A stretch of DNA of 64,000 nucleotides from Vicugna vicugna (taxonomy: Eukaryota), in assembly GCA_013265495.1 (NCBI GenBank), contig MU062841.1, positions 7,899,786 through 7,963,785 on the forward strand, in the 5' to 3' direction. The notes beneath the pieces are model-generated. The model saw nothing but the letters and a program-made list of their open reading frames with translations, was not told where the DNA came from and did not search any database. Position numbers and translations under genes: made by a program. Of the stretch, positions 1-11,875 are shown one piece after another; positions within the stretch are counted from its first letter, which is position 1, and every line of letters starts with the position of its first letter.

Positions 1-428
1 AAAAGCTTCCTGCCATGTCCTTAAAAGGAACCATAGTGACAGCTAACACTTGACTGCCATGTACTAGGCTCTATGCTGAGTGCATAACAACAGAGATCTC
101 TTTCAAACTACTGTGTATTATTATTAATAGAGAACCATAACTTGACAGCATTCCCTTCTAACTTCCTACTAAGTTATTCTAGTAATGCAAAGTAAAAGTA
201 GGGTTTCTTTTCTTTATGCTCCAGAGTATCCCTTTGTCTCCCAGAGGATGCCCACTTAGAGCTTTATTCATCCTCAGTCAGGAACTGCTGAATGAATATA
301 ATTTACCTTACTAAGCCGTAGTAGCAAAAGTAGGTTTAAATAATCCATGTGACCAGTTTCTTTCAGTCTCCTAATGGCTCTCCATTACTGTTGTCTCTTA
401 CTAATACAGCTTTCCCTTCTTTCTATAG

Positions 429-579
429 AAGTCCTTGGATGAGGACGATCTGGGTCCCAAAAGGATAGCTGCCCTGCAGAAGGAAGCCCAGGAATGGACC
501 AGACGGGCTGAAGAAGCTGTCGTCTCTATTCAACATATTACAGTCAATTATTTTGAAGAAACAGTAAAGGCATTAGCAG
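429..579 (+). CDS. WHAMM: WHAMM coding exon (probable exon 3), KSLDEDDLGPKRIAALQKEAQEW...VKALA(G)
   Basis: ttctatag acceptor at 427-428, GCAG|gtaata donor at 580; 151 nt, phase 0 to 1. Confidence 0.95.
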
Positions 580-624
580 GTAATAATTTAAAATGCTACA
601 CTAAGATACATGTGACTTTCATTT

Positions 625-1045
625 TATTTAAAAAAAACATTTGAGTGCTTCTTAAGCAGCAGGTACTGTATTTTCTAGGTACTGGGGATTCAATAGAAGG
701 ATAAGCATAAGCAGACACTGTACAGTCGGGTGAGGGGAGAGAAGTCTTAAGTATATATTCATTCGAACACACGGAAAATGGCAGTGACAAAAAGCCACAC
801 GAAGAAGAGAAACATGGGGCTCTGAGAGCCTGTGAGAGAGAAATTAGGCTCAATCAGAGTGGTCAGTGGAGGCCTCTGAGAAGCGGCACTTGCCCTGATA
901 TCTGAAGGGTAAACGGAGGTGGAGAGAGCAAAAAAGTGAGGGAAGAATGTTCCAGAGAGGAGTAGCAGCGTTTCCGGAGGCCCTCTGGTTTGCGGCGGCT
1001 TGGCCAGTGTGAGGAACTTACAGAAAACCCGGGGGCTGGAGCACA
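625..1045 (-). mobile_element. L2 fragment
   Basis: acatttgagtgcttc...ggtactggggattcaatag...ggaggcctctgagaagcggcacttg...gaagaatgttccag. Confidence 0.5.
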
Positions 1046-1049
1046 GTCC

Positions 1050-1552
1050 CGGGACACCTTGTTTTATTGTGCTGCACTTTACTGCACTTGACAGATAATG
1101 TGGTTTTTACAGATGGAAGGTTTGTGACAGTCCTGCATTGAGCAAGTCTGTTATAAAACAGCATGTGCCTTTTTCCAACAGCATTTGCTTACTTTGTGTC
1201 TCTATGTCACGTTTTGGTAATTCTCCTAATATTTCAAATTTCTTTATTAGTATTATATTTTTTATGGTGATCTGTAATTAGTGATATTTGTTATTATTCC
1301 AAAAAGATGACAACTCACTGAAGATTCAGATGATGGTTAGCATTTTTCAATATAAAGTATTTTTAAATTAAGGTATGTACATTGTGCTTTTAGACTTAAT
1401 GCTATCGCACACTTAATAGACCACAGTATAGCGTAAACATGACTTCTTTATGTAATGCAAAACCAGAACTTTTGTATGACTCACTTTGTTGTGATCTTTG
1501 CATTATTGTGGTGGTCTGGAACTAAACCTGAATTGTCTCTGAGGAATGTCTC
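1050..1552 (+). mobile_element. Tigger1-derived internally deleted DNA transposon (Tigger1a-like), about 500 bp
   Basis: Tigger1 5' end (ccttgttttattgtgctgcac...ttccaacagcatttgc) fused to its 3' end (ctcactgaagattcagatgatgg...gtggtggtctggaact...gaggaatgtc). Confidence 0.85.
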
Positions 1553-1916
1553 TACAGGGAATGTGGTGTGAGAGAGTGCTGGCAAGACAAGCAGGGATGA
1601 GACCATGTGGGTCTTCTGAGCTGCCTGAAGGACTTTTGTCTTATCTTAAATCATTGTCAATAGTAGCGCCAAATAGAACAACTTATTGTCTGTCAATCAG
1701 TTTGTTAAATTATAATACATGCATAAAGAGGAATACATGTAGCTATTAAGCATGATACAGTAAGTGAAATAAATAAGATGTAAAGCAGAATGATGGTCCT
1801 GTGGGGTTTTTTTGTCCAAACTATTATCATCCTGTCTGTCTAGCTAGACACAGAAACAGTCTAGAAGTATATGCACCAAAATGTAAGAAGCAATTGCTAC
1901 ACGTGAGATTCACGAT

Positions 1917-2090
1917 TCTTTTCTTCTTCTTTTAACTGAAGTATAGTCAGTTACAATGTGTCAGTTTCTGGTGTACAGCACAATGTCCCAGTCATGCATA
2001 CACATACATACATTCGTTTTCATATTCTTTTTCATTAAAGGTTATTATAAGATATTGAATATAATGCCCTGTGCTATACAGAAGAAATTT
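1917..2090 (-). mobile_element. 5'-truncated, relatively young L1 3' end (camelid/artiodactyl type)
   Basis: T-rich tail followed by aactgaagtatagtcagttacaatgtg...gatattgaatataatgccctgtgctatacag. Confidence 0.8.
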
Positions 2091-2295
2091 TTCTTTTTTT
2101 TAAATCAAGTATCTAAAATTTTATACCAATGTCTGTGTATTATTTTTGTGACAATAAAATCCCTAAAATACCTTTCTTTTAAAAAATGATGTTCTGTAGG
2201 TAACGTGGGAGGCAATAAAGAATTCGTTCAGGATAAATTTTTCTCTTTTTAATGAGTTGTAATTACGTTTTATTTTGTTAATTATAATCCAACAG

Positions 2296-2465
2296 GAATG
2301 CAGAAACAAATGGAACAGGATGAGAAGAGATTTGGCCAGGCTGCCTGGGCCACAGCGACTCCCAGGTTAGAAAAACTCAAGCTGATGTTAGCCCGGGAGA
2401 CTCTGCAACTCATGAGGGCCAAAGAATTGTGTTTAAATCACAGAAGAGCTGAAATTCAGGGAAAG
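2296..2465 (+). CDS. WHAMM: WHAMM coding exon (probable exon 4), (G)MQKQMEQDEKRFGQAAWATATPRLEKLKLMLARE...EIQGK
   Basis: aacag acceptor, AAG|gtgaga donor; 170 nt, phase 1 to 0. Confidence 0.96.
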
Positions 2466-3091
2466 GTGAGACAGAGAAAAATGAAAGTTTGTTTTAAAAA
2501 TATAGTTTTATTTTAGGTAGCACCTTTCTTTCCAGGAATTGTTAATGAGCTCCTTTCTTCGCTTATTCCACACCATCTTCTAGTGGATGGGAATTTAGAG
2601 ACTACGGAGGGTTAGCTATGAAATTTCTCTTTGGTCAGGATATTTTTGAAATGTTATATTGTAGGATTCACTTCATAACATTGAGCTCAGTACTGAAGTA
2701 GGTAACATAACTTGAAAGTCAGTCAAGCCATGGTTTCAGCCCAATTTTAGAATAATCAAAGAGGTGCTTCATCCTAGGATCAGTCACTTAGTTTTTTTCC
2801 TGTAACATTATGACTTTAAAGCAGAAGACATTGTAAATTCTTCATTGCCATTTATTTTTCTCAAAACCTATATGTTTTCATATGTGTCAAGGATGAGAGA
2901 AAGTATTTGTAATAAATGTTGAAGAAGGCATTTTTATTCCATTAAATGAAATGGAAAAATGTTTCTTTTCTATTTGCTTTTTTAATATTTGATATTGAGC
3001 AAGGATTAGAAAATAACTTGAATGCTTATAAGTTTGCCTTTCATGTACTAATTATTTTTACTCACTCTTATTTTTGTTTAATGAAAACCAG

Positions 3092-3257
3092 ATGGAAGAT
3101 CTTCCAGAACAAGAAAAAAGAATAAATGTTGTAGATGGATTAGAAATACAATACTATGAAGTGCAATTAGAACTATATGAGGTTAAATTCGAGATATTAA
3201 AATATGAAGAAATACTGCTTGTTACACAGTTGGACTCTATTAAAAGACTTATAAAAG
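3092..3257 (+). CDS. WHAMM: WHAMM coding exon (probable exon 5), MEDLPEQEKRINVVDGLEIQYYEVQLELYEVKFEILKYEEILL...RLIK(D)
   Basis: aaccag acceptor, AAG|gtaaaa donor; 166 nt, phase 0 to 1. Confidence 0.96.
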
Positions 3258-3379
3258 GTAAAATTTATATTTAAATGTATATGTTAATACTTTTAAGTTA
3301 CACATTCAAGGAAATATGGACCATATTATCAATTCTTGTATATTGTCTAAAACATCTACTGAAATTTTCTAAACAAAGT

Positions 3380-4940
3380 TTCCCTTAAGTATTTTTATTA
3401 TTCAAGTAATATATTCATTGGTAAACACACAGCAAAACAAGGGAAAACTATTATTACCCCAGTTCCATCATCTAGACTTAAGCTCTATAGCTCTGTAGCC
3501 TTTTTTGTATGCTGATGTTTATAAATAAATATTTATCAGTTTTTTAAACCAAAACTATAGATCATGTTCCATAACTTCTTTTTCATTTAATACATAACTG
3601 TCCTTCCATTTCAGGAAGTAATAAAAACATCAAAATTTTAATGGCTGCATAGTATTCCATTCTATGGACATACTAGAATTTCCAGGTTTTCACTGTTGTG
3701 AACAGCAGCATAGTGAGGAACCTTCTTTTATACAGGTCTTAGCGTAGAGACTTTTTCCTTGGAATAAATTTCTAAGGATGGAATTCGGTCAAGGACAATG
3801 CACATTTGACATTCTGACACACATCTGTTAAAACAACACTACAACAAGCATTTGATGTACATTTTTCCTCACCTCTATTTTCTAATTTCATTCTACACAA
3901 TGGCCCTCTAGATAGGTTGTACAAAATGACACTCCCATTGGTAGATTTTAAAAAAGATTTATCTCCTTATACTTATTCTTTTAAATTCTTGCCTACTTGA
4001 TAGGAAAAAATATGGCATCTTCTAATTTTCATTTATTTAATTACAAGTGATGTCAAGTGCAATTCTGTTTGTTTACTGGCCATTTGTACTTCTTTTATTC
4101 ACTGCCTATTCAAGATCTTTGCCCATTTATCTTTGGAATATTCCCTTTCCATATTAGAGATACTACTCTAGTATCTGTCATATGTTTCAAATAATTTCTG
4201 TTGTTTCCTTTTTCTTGCCTTGTAGAAGTATTTAATTTTTATGAAGTCACTTCTGTCAGCCTTTCTGCTTTTGGTGTTAAAACTCCTTATCACCAAATTA
4301 TATCAGTTTTTACTTATGTTTTCTTTTAATATTTTTATGATTTTGTTGTTTAAAATGTTTAGCTCTTTAATCCAGATGAAATTTTTTTTGACATGGGGTA
4401 GAAATCTTTTTTCCCCCAAATTGTTAGCAGTACCAATCACTGATTTTAAAAAACACTTTTTCCTCCTGCTTTGACTTGTTAACTATCTCATATACAGAAT
4501 TATTATGTTTATTTTAATCTATTTATGAATTGTTATTTTCTTTCATTGATTTGTGAGTGGCTTTTGATACCAGCACCATGCTGTTCTCATTATTGTACCT
4601 TGGAGGCACATGTTAGTATCTGGTAAAGCAAGTAACTCCCTCTTTACTTTTCCACAAGCTTTCTGACTTTTCTCGCTCCTTTATTCTTCCAGATGTACTT
4701 TAGAATCATTTTGGCAAGTTCAAAACAAAAAACCCCCCAAACTCGGAATTTTTATTGGGATTGTGCTTAAAATTAGAGATAAATTTGGGGAGAATTGTCG
4801 TCTTTTCAGTTTTGAATCTTCCCATCCAAGAACGTGGTATGTCTCTCCATTTACTTAAGTCTTTTTTTCTTCCCTAAAATTCCTCCAAGTTTAATAATTT
4901 TCTTCACATAGATCCTATACATACTTAATCCTAGGTATTC
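3380..4940 (-). mobile_element. Old L1M fragment (antisense) in WHAMM intron
   Basis: T-rich L1 ORF2/3'UTR antisense phrases (catagtattccattctatgg; ttttattgggattgtgcttaaattag; cccatccaagaacgtggtatgtctctccattt). Confidence 0.7.
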
Positions 4941-5653
4941 AAAAAACTACAGTAGTTTCAGGTTAGAAGCATTTTACATATTTAGGAAAAAATTCTATTA
5001 GAAAAAAGTTAATTTGGAAGGATGCATGCCAAGCTGTTTGTGTTTTCCTCTGGGAATAAGATTCCAAAGGTTTGGTGAAGGTAGAAGGAAAATTTCACTT
5101 TTTATTTTATGTACTTCTGTAGGGTTTGAATTTGTAATAATTAGCATGTATTTTTTAAAAAATCAATATGTAATCAAGATGAAATATCATTAAGGCACCT
5201 TAATGATATCCTGCTGATAGAATGTAAGTTGCCTTTCTGGAGAAGGGTGATTTGACAGTAGTTACCAGAGCCTTAAATATTCATCTGCTAAGGAAGTAAT
5301 AAAACTGTACACAAAGATTTACTCAGAGATGTGCATCATAGTGAAACTGATAATAATGGAACATTGGAACATTCTAACAACAGAGAGTGCTTAAATTCAG
5401 GAATACTGTGTTGCCATTAAAATTACATTTCCATCACATGGAAGAGTTTCTCTAAGGCCTCTGTTTATTGACATGTATAGCTATATACGTTGTGTGTGTG
5501 TGTGCACATGTATACATATGTACATAAATGTTCATCATGGTTCTCCCTGGGTGGTGGGATTACAAGGATCTTTCACTTTCCTTATATTAAAAAAAAGCAT
5601 GCATTATTTTTCATAATAAAACGTTTTTTAAAAAATCATTAATATGTTTCTAG

Positions 5654-5841
5654 ATAAACAGGATGAGGTTGTCTATTACGATCCGTGTGAAAGTCCAGAG
5701 GAACTTAAAGCCGTTGATCATGTCCTGGGGCTGCAGGATGATAAGAGTTTGGAGGTGAAGGAACTCAGCCGGCGGTGCCAGCAGCTGGAGTCTAAGCGGG
5801 GCAGGATCTGTGCCAGAAGAGCCTATCTCAGGAACAGAAAG
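5654..5841 (+). CDS. WHAMM: WHAMM coding exon (probable exon 6), (D)KQDEVVYYDPCESPEEL...RRAYLRNRK
   Basis: tttctag acceptor, AAG|gtagga donor; 188 nt, phase 1 to 0. Confidence 0.96.
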
Positions 5842-6806
5842 GTAGGAGCGCCCCGGGCAGCCTTCTTCCCTTACCTCTTCCGAGGGGTTCTTCTTTTGTG
5901 AGAGATACAGAGGTACTGAAAATAAGGCTTTTATCAGTGATTACTTTTGTGTATGTTTATGTAGCTATCAGTGGCTACAATTAAAATATATTTAAATTTT
6001 TCTTCTTAAAAAGATACCTTTTCCTTTTGGATTTAAGCACTCATTGTAATCTCTAGCTTTTAATGAATTCTTTCAACAACTATTTATTGAATGCCTGTTA
6101 TATATACAGGTATTTTAAAAATCATAGTAGGTAGAAACTTCTGATCAGCTATAATAAGTGCTAAAATTAATTTTACTGTAAATTGTTGAGTATAAAATGT
6201 CAGAGATACTATTCAGCTTATTTCAATCTTTATATTTGGTGAGTGATTTTTTTCTTAATTTTGAAAAACTCCATGATTACATAAAAAGGTAACATTCTAA
6301 GAATGGTTAAGCATAATTGAGATAGAGTTTTTGATACAATTTTTTAGGTATTGTAGGTTGGATGTACTTACGCAGGTTATGTTTGGAAATATTATTTAGA
6401 ACGTTATGGGGAAATGTGTTTGAAACAACTGCATTGTAACAGATTCTTAGGACACATCCCATTTAAGAATGGGGGACTGCCCGTATGTCCTCTCACTTCC
6501 ACTTGGTTGGAGGATTTGCCTTTTCATCTCTCAAAGCATCAAATCACAGCCGTGGCCCTCCTGACCGGGAACAAGTGATTCCCATAAGCAGCCAGTCAGC
6601 CCATGACCGTGGAGGAGGCAGGCAGTACCACTGAGCTATGCCGTAACTCCTGTTACTAAATGCCCTTTACTGCATCCCAAGTGCAGTGCTGTTTTTAAAC
6701 TTCTTATGCTATAGCCCATGGTAATATTAAAAACCACATAGTGTTAAATGTATAACCATGTAAATAAAGAAAAAAACAGAGCGATGAAATTGTATTATTC
6801 CACCAG

Positions 6807-6893
6807 GATCGATGCAAAGAGAATCATCGACTCAGACTGCAACAGGCTGAAGAAAGTATAAAAAATTTTCATCAGCATCATATTGTTCAGAGG
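6807..6893 (+). CDS. WHAMM: WHAMM coding exon (probable exon 7), DRCKENHRLRLQQAEESIKNFHQHHIVQR
   Basis: caccag acceptor, AGG|gtgagt donor; 87 nt, phase 0 to 0; not in the ORF track because it is short. Confidence 0.93.
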
Positions 6894-7137
6894 GTGAGTG
6901 GTGGAAGGAAAATGTTTTATATTTGCATAATGTGACACTCTGGCTTAGGTTCGTGGAACGTGGAGCTCCACTGCCCTGTCAGCCCTGATCCTGAGGAGGC
7001 TGTGGCCCGGCCCTGCAGCCTAGGTGGCAGACGCAGCAGTGCGGGGCTGGAGGGGAGGCGATAACGTCAGGTTATGGCCCCTATCTCTTTCTCAAGACTT
7101 CTGAGAAGTTTACACATCTATGTTCGTTTAAATCTAG

Positions 7138-7233
7138 AAAAGAGACAAGAAAAAAGAGGAGGAGCAAAAGAAAAAAGAATGGATAAACCAAGAACGCCAA
7201 AAAACACTCCAGCGATTGAGAGCATTTAAAGAG
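7138..7233 (+). CDS. WHAMM: WHAMM coding exon (probable exon 8), KRDKKKEEEQKKKEWINQERQKTLQRLRAFKE
   Basis: atctag acceptor, GAG|gtgagt donor; 96 nt, phase 0 to 0. Confidence 0.95.
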
Positions 7234-8386
7234 GTGAGTTCTGGAAATAAATGCTTCTCCTCCGTTTTTCTGGAGAAACAGATGACGATCACCCATCCTA
7301 GGAAAAAAGCGTAAAGTATTAGGAACAGATAACTTGGAACATAAAATGTTCCCCAAATGCCATTATTTGTAGTATTTAAATAAAAAACAAAAATACTAGG
7401 AATAAAGTACTCATGCCCAGACGCCACCTCCAGAGATTCTGATCATCTGGGGTAGGGGCCTGGGTGTGAATCGAAGTGGGGAGTGAATTGAAGGGGAGCT
7501 ACATGAATACCAGATGAACGAGGTGGGCAGTCTCCTGTCGGTCAGCTGTCAGCAGAAGATATTGACCAGTGGGACAGAGTCATTGTACGGGAAGGAGTCT
7601 GAGGGATGCAAGTCCAGCCCAAACCAGCCAGAGCAGGGACAAACTGTCAAGTGTAGACAGTGTGAAGATGGTATGCAGATGACAGGATCAGGCTGCCTGT
7701 GCTCTCAACAAACTGGAACAAGTTGACCTCAACTTGGTTTAAATTGCAGTTTTTTTGGCCATGGACATATACACCCCTCAAGATTAGTTTCTTTGTAGGA
7801 TTAGATTTTTCTCTAGCAAACTAATATGTGAGAGATCAGAACTTTCTTAACTCTCATTTTAAAATTACAAAATTTATTCTAAACCTAAAAATTAGAGAAC
7901 CATCCATAATTCCTGTTTTAACTGTCACTTCAAGGTCCACCCTGCTGGTGTGTGTTCTTCATAGATCTGTTTTTACATGGTTATATATTTAACACTGCGT
8001 CATCTGCATTTTTTAAGGATGTTTCATAGACTTTGTACTATTTATGCTTTTTCATGGCTGCCTAATACTTAAACTCAATTCACCATAATTTTTTTCAGCT
8101 ATTGTTGCTATTTAGAATTTCTGATTTTTCATACTAAAAATATGAATGTTTTCCTCTGTATCCTTTCACATCTTTACTAAGAGAAAGTGTATACCAAAGG
8201 ATATACATGCTTATTCCTTAGTATAGGTTGAGTAGCAAGGGTGGCTGCCCAGAGGAGGAATCACTTTGTGAATTAGAACAATCCATGCACAGAGACTCTT
8301 CAGTGTTCATTTATTTATAGGAAGTTTCAGCATGTTGATCGGTTTGCATTTGTGGCAAGTTTCTCACAGCAGTTTTTCATTTTCAG

Positions 8387-8864
8387 AGATGTCCAGGTCA
8401 GTCTGTATTAAAGACCTCTCGCTTACAACCTGTAGCTCCAAAGCTGCCAGGTGGACTTCCCCAGCAGACATCCTCGCTGACATCTCAGACGACAGCAGCA
8501 GTCATTCATCCGTCCTCCAGGAAAACCGGAAATGCTCCCTTATCTGAAGTTAGTAATGGGACAACTCCTGAGCGTGAAGACTGTGCTAGGAACATCCCTG
8601 TCCAGACTTTTGTTCCAACTGGTGACCAAACACACCCCAGATCCAGTGAGCAGTTGTCACTGTCACCACCACCACCTCCTCCTCCACCTCCTCCTCCACC
8701 ACCACCACCGCCACCACCGCCGCCCCTCCCTGCTCAGCCCTTTTCTTCTCAATCTGCACGTCATCGGAATTTACACTTCAGGACTTCAGATCAGCCACTT
8801 CCTCTAGTGTGTGGATTGCCTCCTGAGAGCCCGCCTGGTTCCTCAGACAGTTTTACCTGCCCAG
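8387..8864 (+). CDS. WHAMM: WHAMM coding exon (probable exon 9), proline-rich region with a 20-Pro tract
   Basis: ttttcag acceptor, CAG|gtaatc donor; 478 nt open throughout, phase 0 to 1; poly-Pro codons at 8666-8725. Confidence 0.94.
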
Positions 8865-10949
8865 GTAATCCGCTGAGCTGTGCCTGCTCACCAAGGGTGG
8901 TTGAAACGTTCAAGCTTTAGAAGCCATTATCTTCAAATCTTTTTCAGAATTCTCTACAATCTTAAAATATTCCAGTATTTGTTGCCTTAAGTATTTACTC
9001 TTTTATTGCAAAGTTACCATAGCCTAAATCTGAGTTTGATAAATGCTAACTCTTCTTGAAGAAACACCTCTGTACATTGAATGGTCACATGACTTGAGAT
9101 CTCTGAGGCTGTTAAAGAATCAGTGGTGTTTGGTTTCTGCCATTGGAATATGCTTCAGTGTCCCTTTGAATTAAGCGTACTGTTGCATCTCTGAGTCCTT
9201 TACAGAATTAAATTGTTGCATCTCAAGCAGCATATTGGTTGTGAATTATCTTGGAGGAATGTTAGAATATGGAAGGCTCTTCTTGCAGACCGAATGGTAG
9301 ACTGAGAAACCTTGCTGTGGGAAATCTTTCTAAAACTGAGGGGTCCAAAAGTCAGTGGATAGCTTTTTGCATTTTGCAAGTATAGTACGCTGAATATACT
9401 TGAATATTTCTTTGTTTAATGAGGGCTATAATTCTAATTATAGCTTAGACATTGACTATGAAGGAGACTGGCTGAAATCCGCCCAGACTCAGAGCCCACT
9501 GCTTTGGGGTGTATTTGCATGTGTGATAGATAAATCCAGTCAAAATGCTGTGTACACACTTGTTATAAAGACTATGCTTGAGTACCTCCACCTAGAACAT
9601 GCAGGGAAGGGTATGTGATAGGTGATGTGAATTGTAGCAATATAACAGTTCCAAATTGTGGTTCTGGTTAATGTGTATTCTGGCTATTCTGAGTTCAAGG
9701 TTCCCCTGTACCTAGAACCAGGTACAAATGAACATGTCCACACTATTAAGTGGAAACCAGATAGCTCATTTCCACAGGGTCTGTAGCAACACTGTGTAAG
9801 TGAAATTGAGAGCTCACATGCCTGGGTCTAGACGTGGCAGGTCTCTGTTGGGGCGCCGCGTTCCTAGCCTGGTGTAGCGCTCACAGTGTGGGGAGCCCTG
9901 TTCAACTCACACACACGGCTCATTTCACTGAAAAGAACGAGAAAGTGTGAATTAGCACCATAAAACACCCTCGGCGGTGAAACTTTGTCTTACTCCTAGA
10001 AGGGAACTGTAATGACAAGTTGCAGGTTAAAATCCAAGGTTAGTTTGTTCGCCGTAGCATGGCCTTTCAGTCCTGAGCTAGAGACGACTATTCATCCCGA
10101 AGCCTCCGCTGGAAGATCTCTCACAGTTGGTGGCCACGGTCACGCCCCTGTCCCCAGCAGGTAGTAAAAGATTTTACTCCCCCTTCTGCAGGTGTCTCAA
10201 GGTGCCAGAGTTTAAAAAATAGCTTCTCCTCACCAAGGCCTTGAAACTCTGATCTAATTTGTGTTTTGACATCCCTTCACACCCTCAAAAATAGAACACG
10301 TTAAGTCACCACAGGGTAATGAAGGTGGAACTGAACGCACTCTATACAAAGAGGTGTGCCACTGCCACCCCCTCCAGGTTCCCTGAGCCACTGATGAAAG
10401 TTTTACTTGAAGCCTTTTCATGTGTGGAACCTGTCACAGAACAAGTCATCACTGACTAACATCCAAGGCAGAAGTTAGAGAAACACAATGGGGTACATTA
10501 AAAAAAAAGTTTAAGTGGGATGGGAAATGGAGGAGACACCACTTCAGAGGCACACTGGTTTGGATTACTTAACACCCCAGGTATTCACAGCTCTCTTCAG
10601 GGTCACACGAAAAGATAACACCTGTGTCCTGGAGAGCAGTCACACTCACAAAAGCTGTGCTGACTGCTGGCTGTGCCTGTGAGTTGCTATGGATTTGAAC
10701 AGCAGTGGGAATGGAGTGGTCAAGGTGCAATACTAGCAATTAAACTATCCTGGATTCAAACAGGGAGCTCTGACAGTTGACCTTCCTAGCGGATAATCAG
10801 AGCGTTTGTTTATGGAATGATGATCACCTGTTTGTATCAGGGCGTTAACTGATGTGACTTACCACATGTAACTCGCACAAAAATGTCTTGGCATCTCGGG
10901 GAGAAAGAGTATGATGTCTTGACTCCGGGCTCTGTGTACTCAATTTCAG

Positions 10950-11257
10950 GATCCATGGATGAAGTGCTGGCCTCCTTACGGCAGAGCAGAGCCCCTCCCA
11001 AGAGGGCGCAAGCACCTGCCCCGTCCCCGCCCCGCGCCCCAGTCAACGAGCACATTCTGGCTGCCATAAGGCAGGGGGTCAAACTGAAGAAAGTGCACCC
11101 TGACGTTGGCCGGAGCTCCAGCAACAAAGCAACCAGCGACCTAGAGAAGAGCATCAAGGCGGCGCTCCAGAGAATCAAGAGAGTGTCTGCTGACTCGGAG
11201 GAGGAGGAAGGAGAGGACGATGGCAACGAGCAGAACCCCGGCGAGTGGGACCACTAG
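10950..11257 (+). CDS. WHAMM: WHAMM last coding exon (probable exon 10), WH2-WH2-connector-acidic module ending GEWDH*
   Basis: atttcag acceptor at 10948-10949, TAG at 11255-11257; EHILAAIRQGVKLKKV (WH2), SDLEKSIKAALQRI (C), EEEEGEDD...W (A). Confidence 0.97.
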
Positions 11258-11651
11258 TCTCTTCTCCAGGGCCCCAGGCCCTTCTGGGGAAGCCTATGAA
11301 AGGGGTGCTGGTAGACTGGCCACCTAACACCCCAAAAGATCAGCAGGGCTCTGTGTGTGACGCTGCTGCTGTGTTTAACACCGCGGCTCTTAAAGTCAGG
11401 GAAGGAAGCAGAGATGTGGAGACTCTCACACGCCAAACTGGAGCTGGGATCTAAGAAGCCACAGTGAGCACCGCTGGCACAAGAAAGTGGTATTTATTGT
11501 TCACCGTGGATAGTCTAGAATCATTCCCTTATTCTGAAAAACGTTTATACTACTGTGGTAAACAGCACTACCGACCGTTCCTTTCAAGAGTGTGCAGCGG
11601 TTTCCTTGGATTTAAAGGTTTGAATGTGAACGTTATTTTAACAATTATCAG

Positions 11652-11657
11652 AATAAA
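11652..11657 (+). terminator. Candidate proximal WHAMM poly(A) signal AATAAA
   Basis: Canonical hexamer about 400 nt after the stop, in AT-rich 3'UTR. Confidence 0.5.
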
Positions 11658-11696
11658 TTGCTTATAAGCAGGAATTATCTTTAATATTTTAAATGA

Positions 11697-11818
11697 GGGG
11701 GGGAGCTATTTTAAATAGCTCAGTGGTAGAGTGTGTGCACAGGGTCCTGGGTTCAATTCCCAGTACCTCCATTAAAAAAAGATAAAACCTAATTACTTCC
11801 CCCCCAAAACAAATAAAA
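11697..11818 (+). mobile_element. Vic-1 (camelid tRNA-derived) SINE in WHAMM 3'UTR, rearranged
   Basis: A box tagctcagtgg, B box gttcaattc, tail aaacctaattacttccccccc-A-rich; 15-bp TSD taatattttaaatga at 11682-11696 and 11819-11833. Confidence 0.9.
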
Positions 11819-11869
11819 TAATATTTTAAATGAAATGTATTTTATGTATCAAGCACTATAAAAATTTGT

Positions 11870-11875
11870 AATAAA
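11870..11875 (+). terminator. Candidate distal WHAMM poly(A) signal AATAAA
   Basis: Canonical hexamer with upstream TGTA elements and downstream GT-rich sequence (cagtgtcacttgtg). Confidence 0.6.

Noticed and set aside
8532-8807. ORF with a poly-His/Leu run (HHHHLLLHLLLHHHH)
   Set aside because: Alternative frame of the WHAMM polyproline codons
10883-10949. In-frame ATG and 22-codon extension upstream of the last WHAMM exon
   Set aside because: Lies in the intron 9 branch/polypyrimidine region, with no promoter evidence; open by chance
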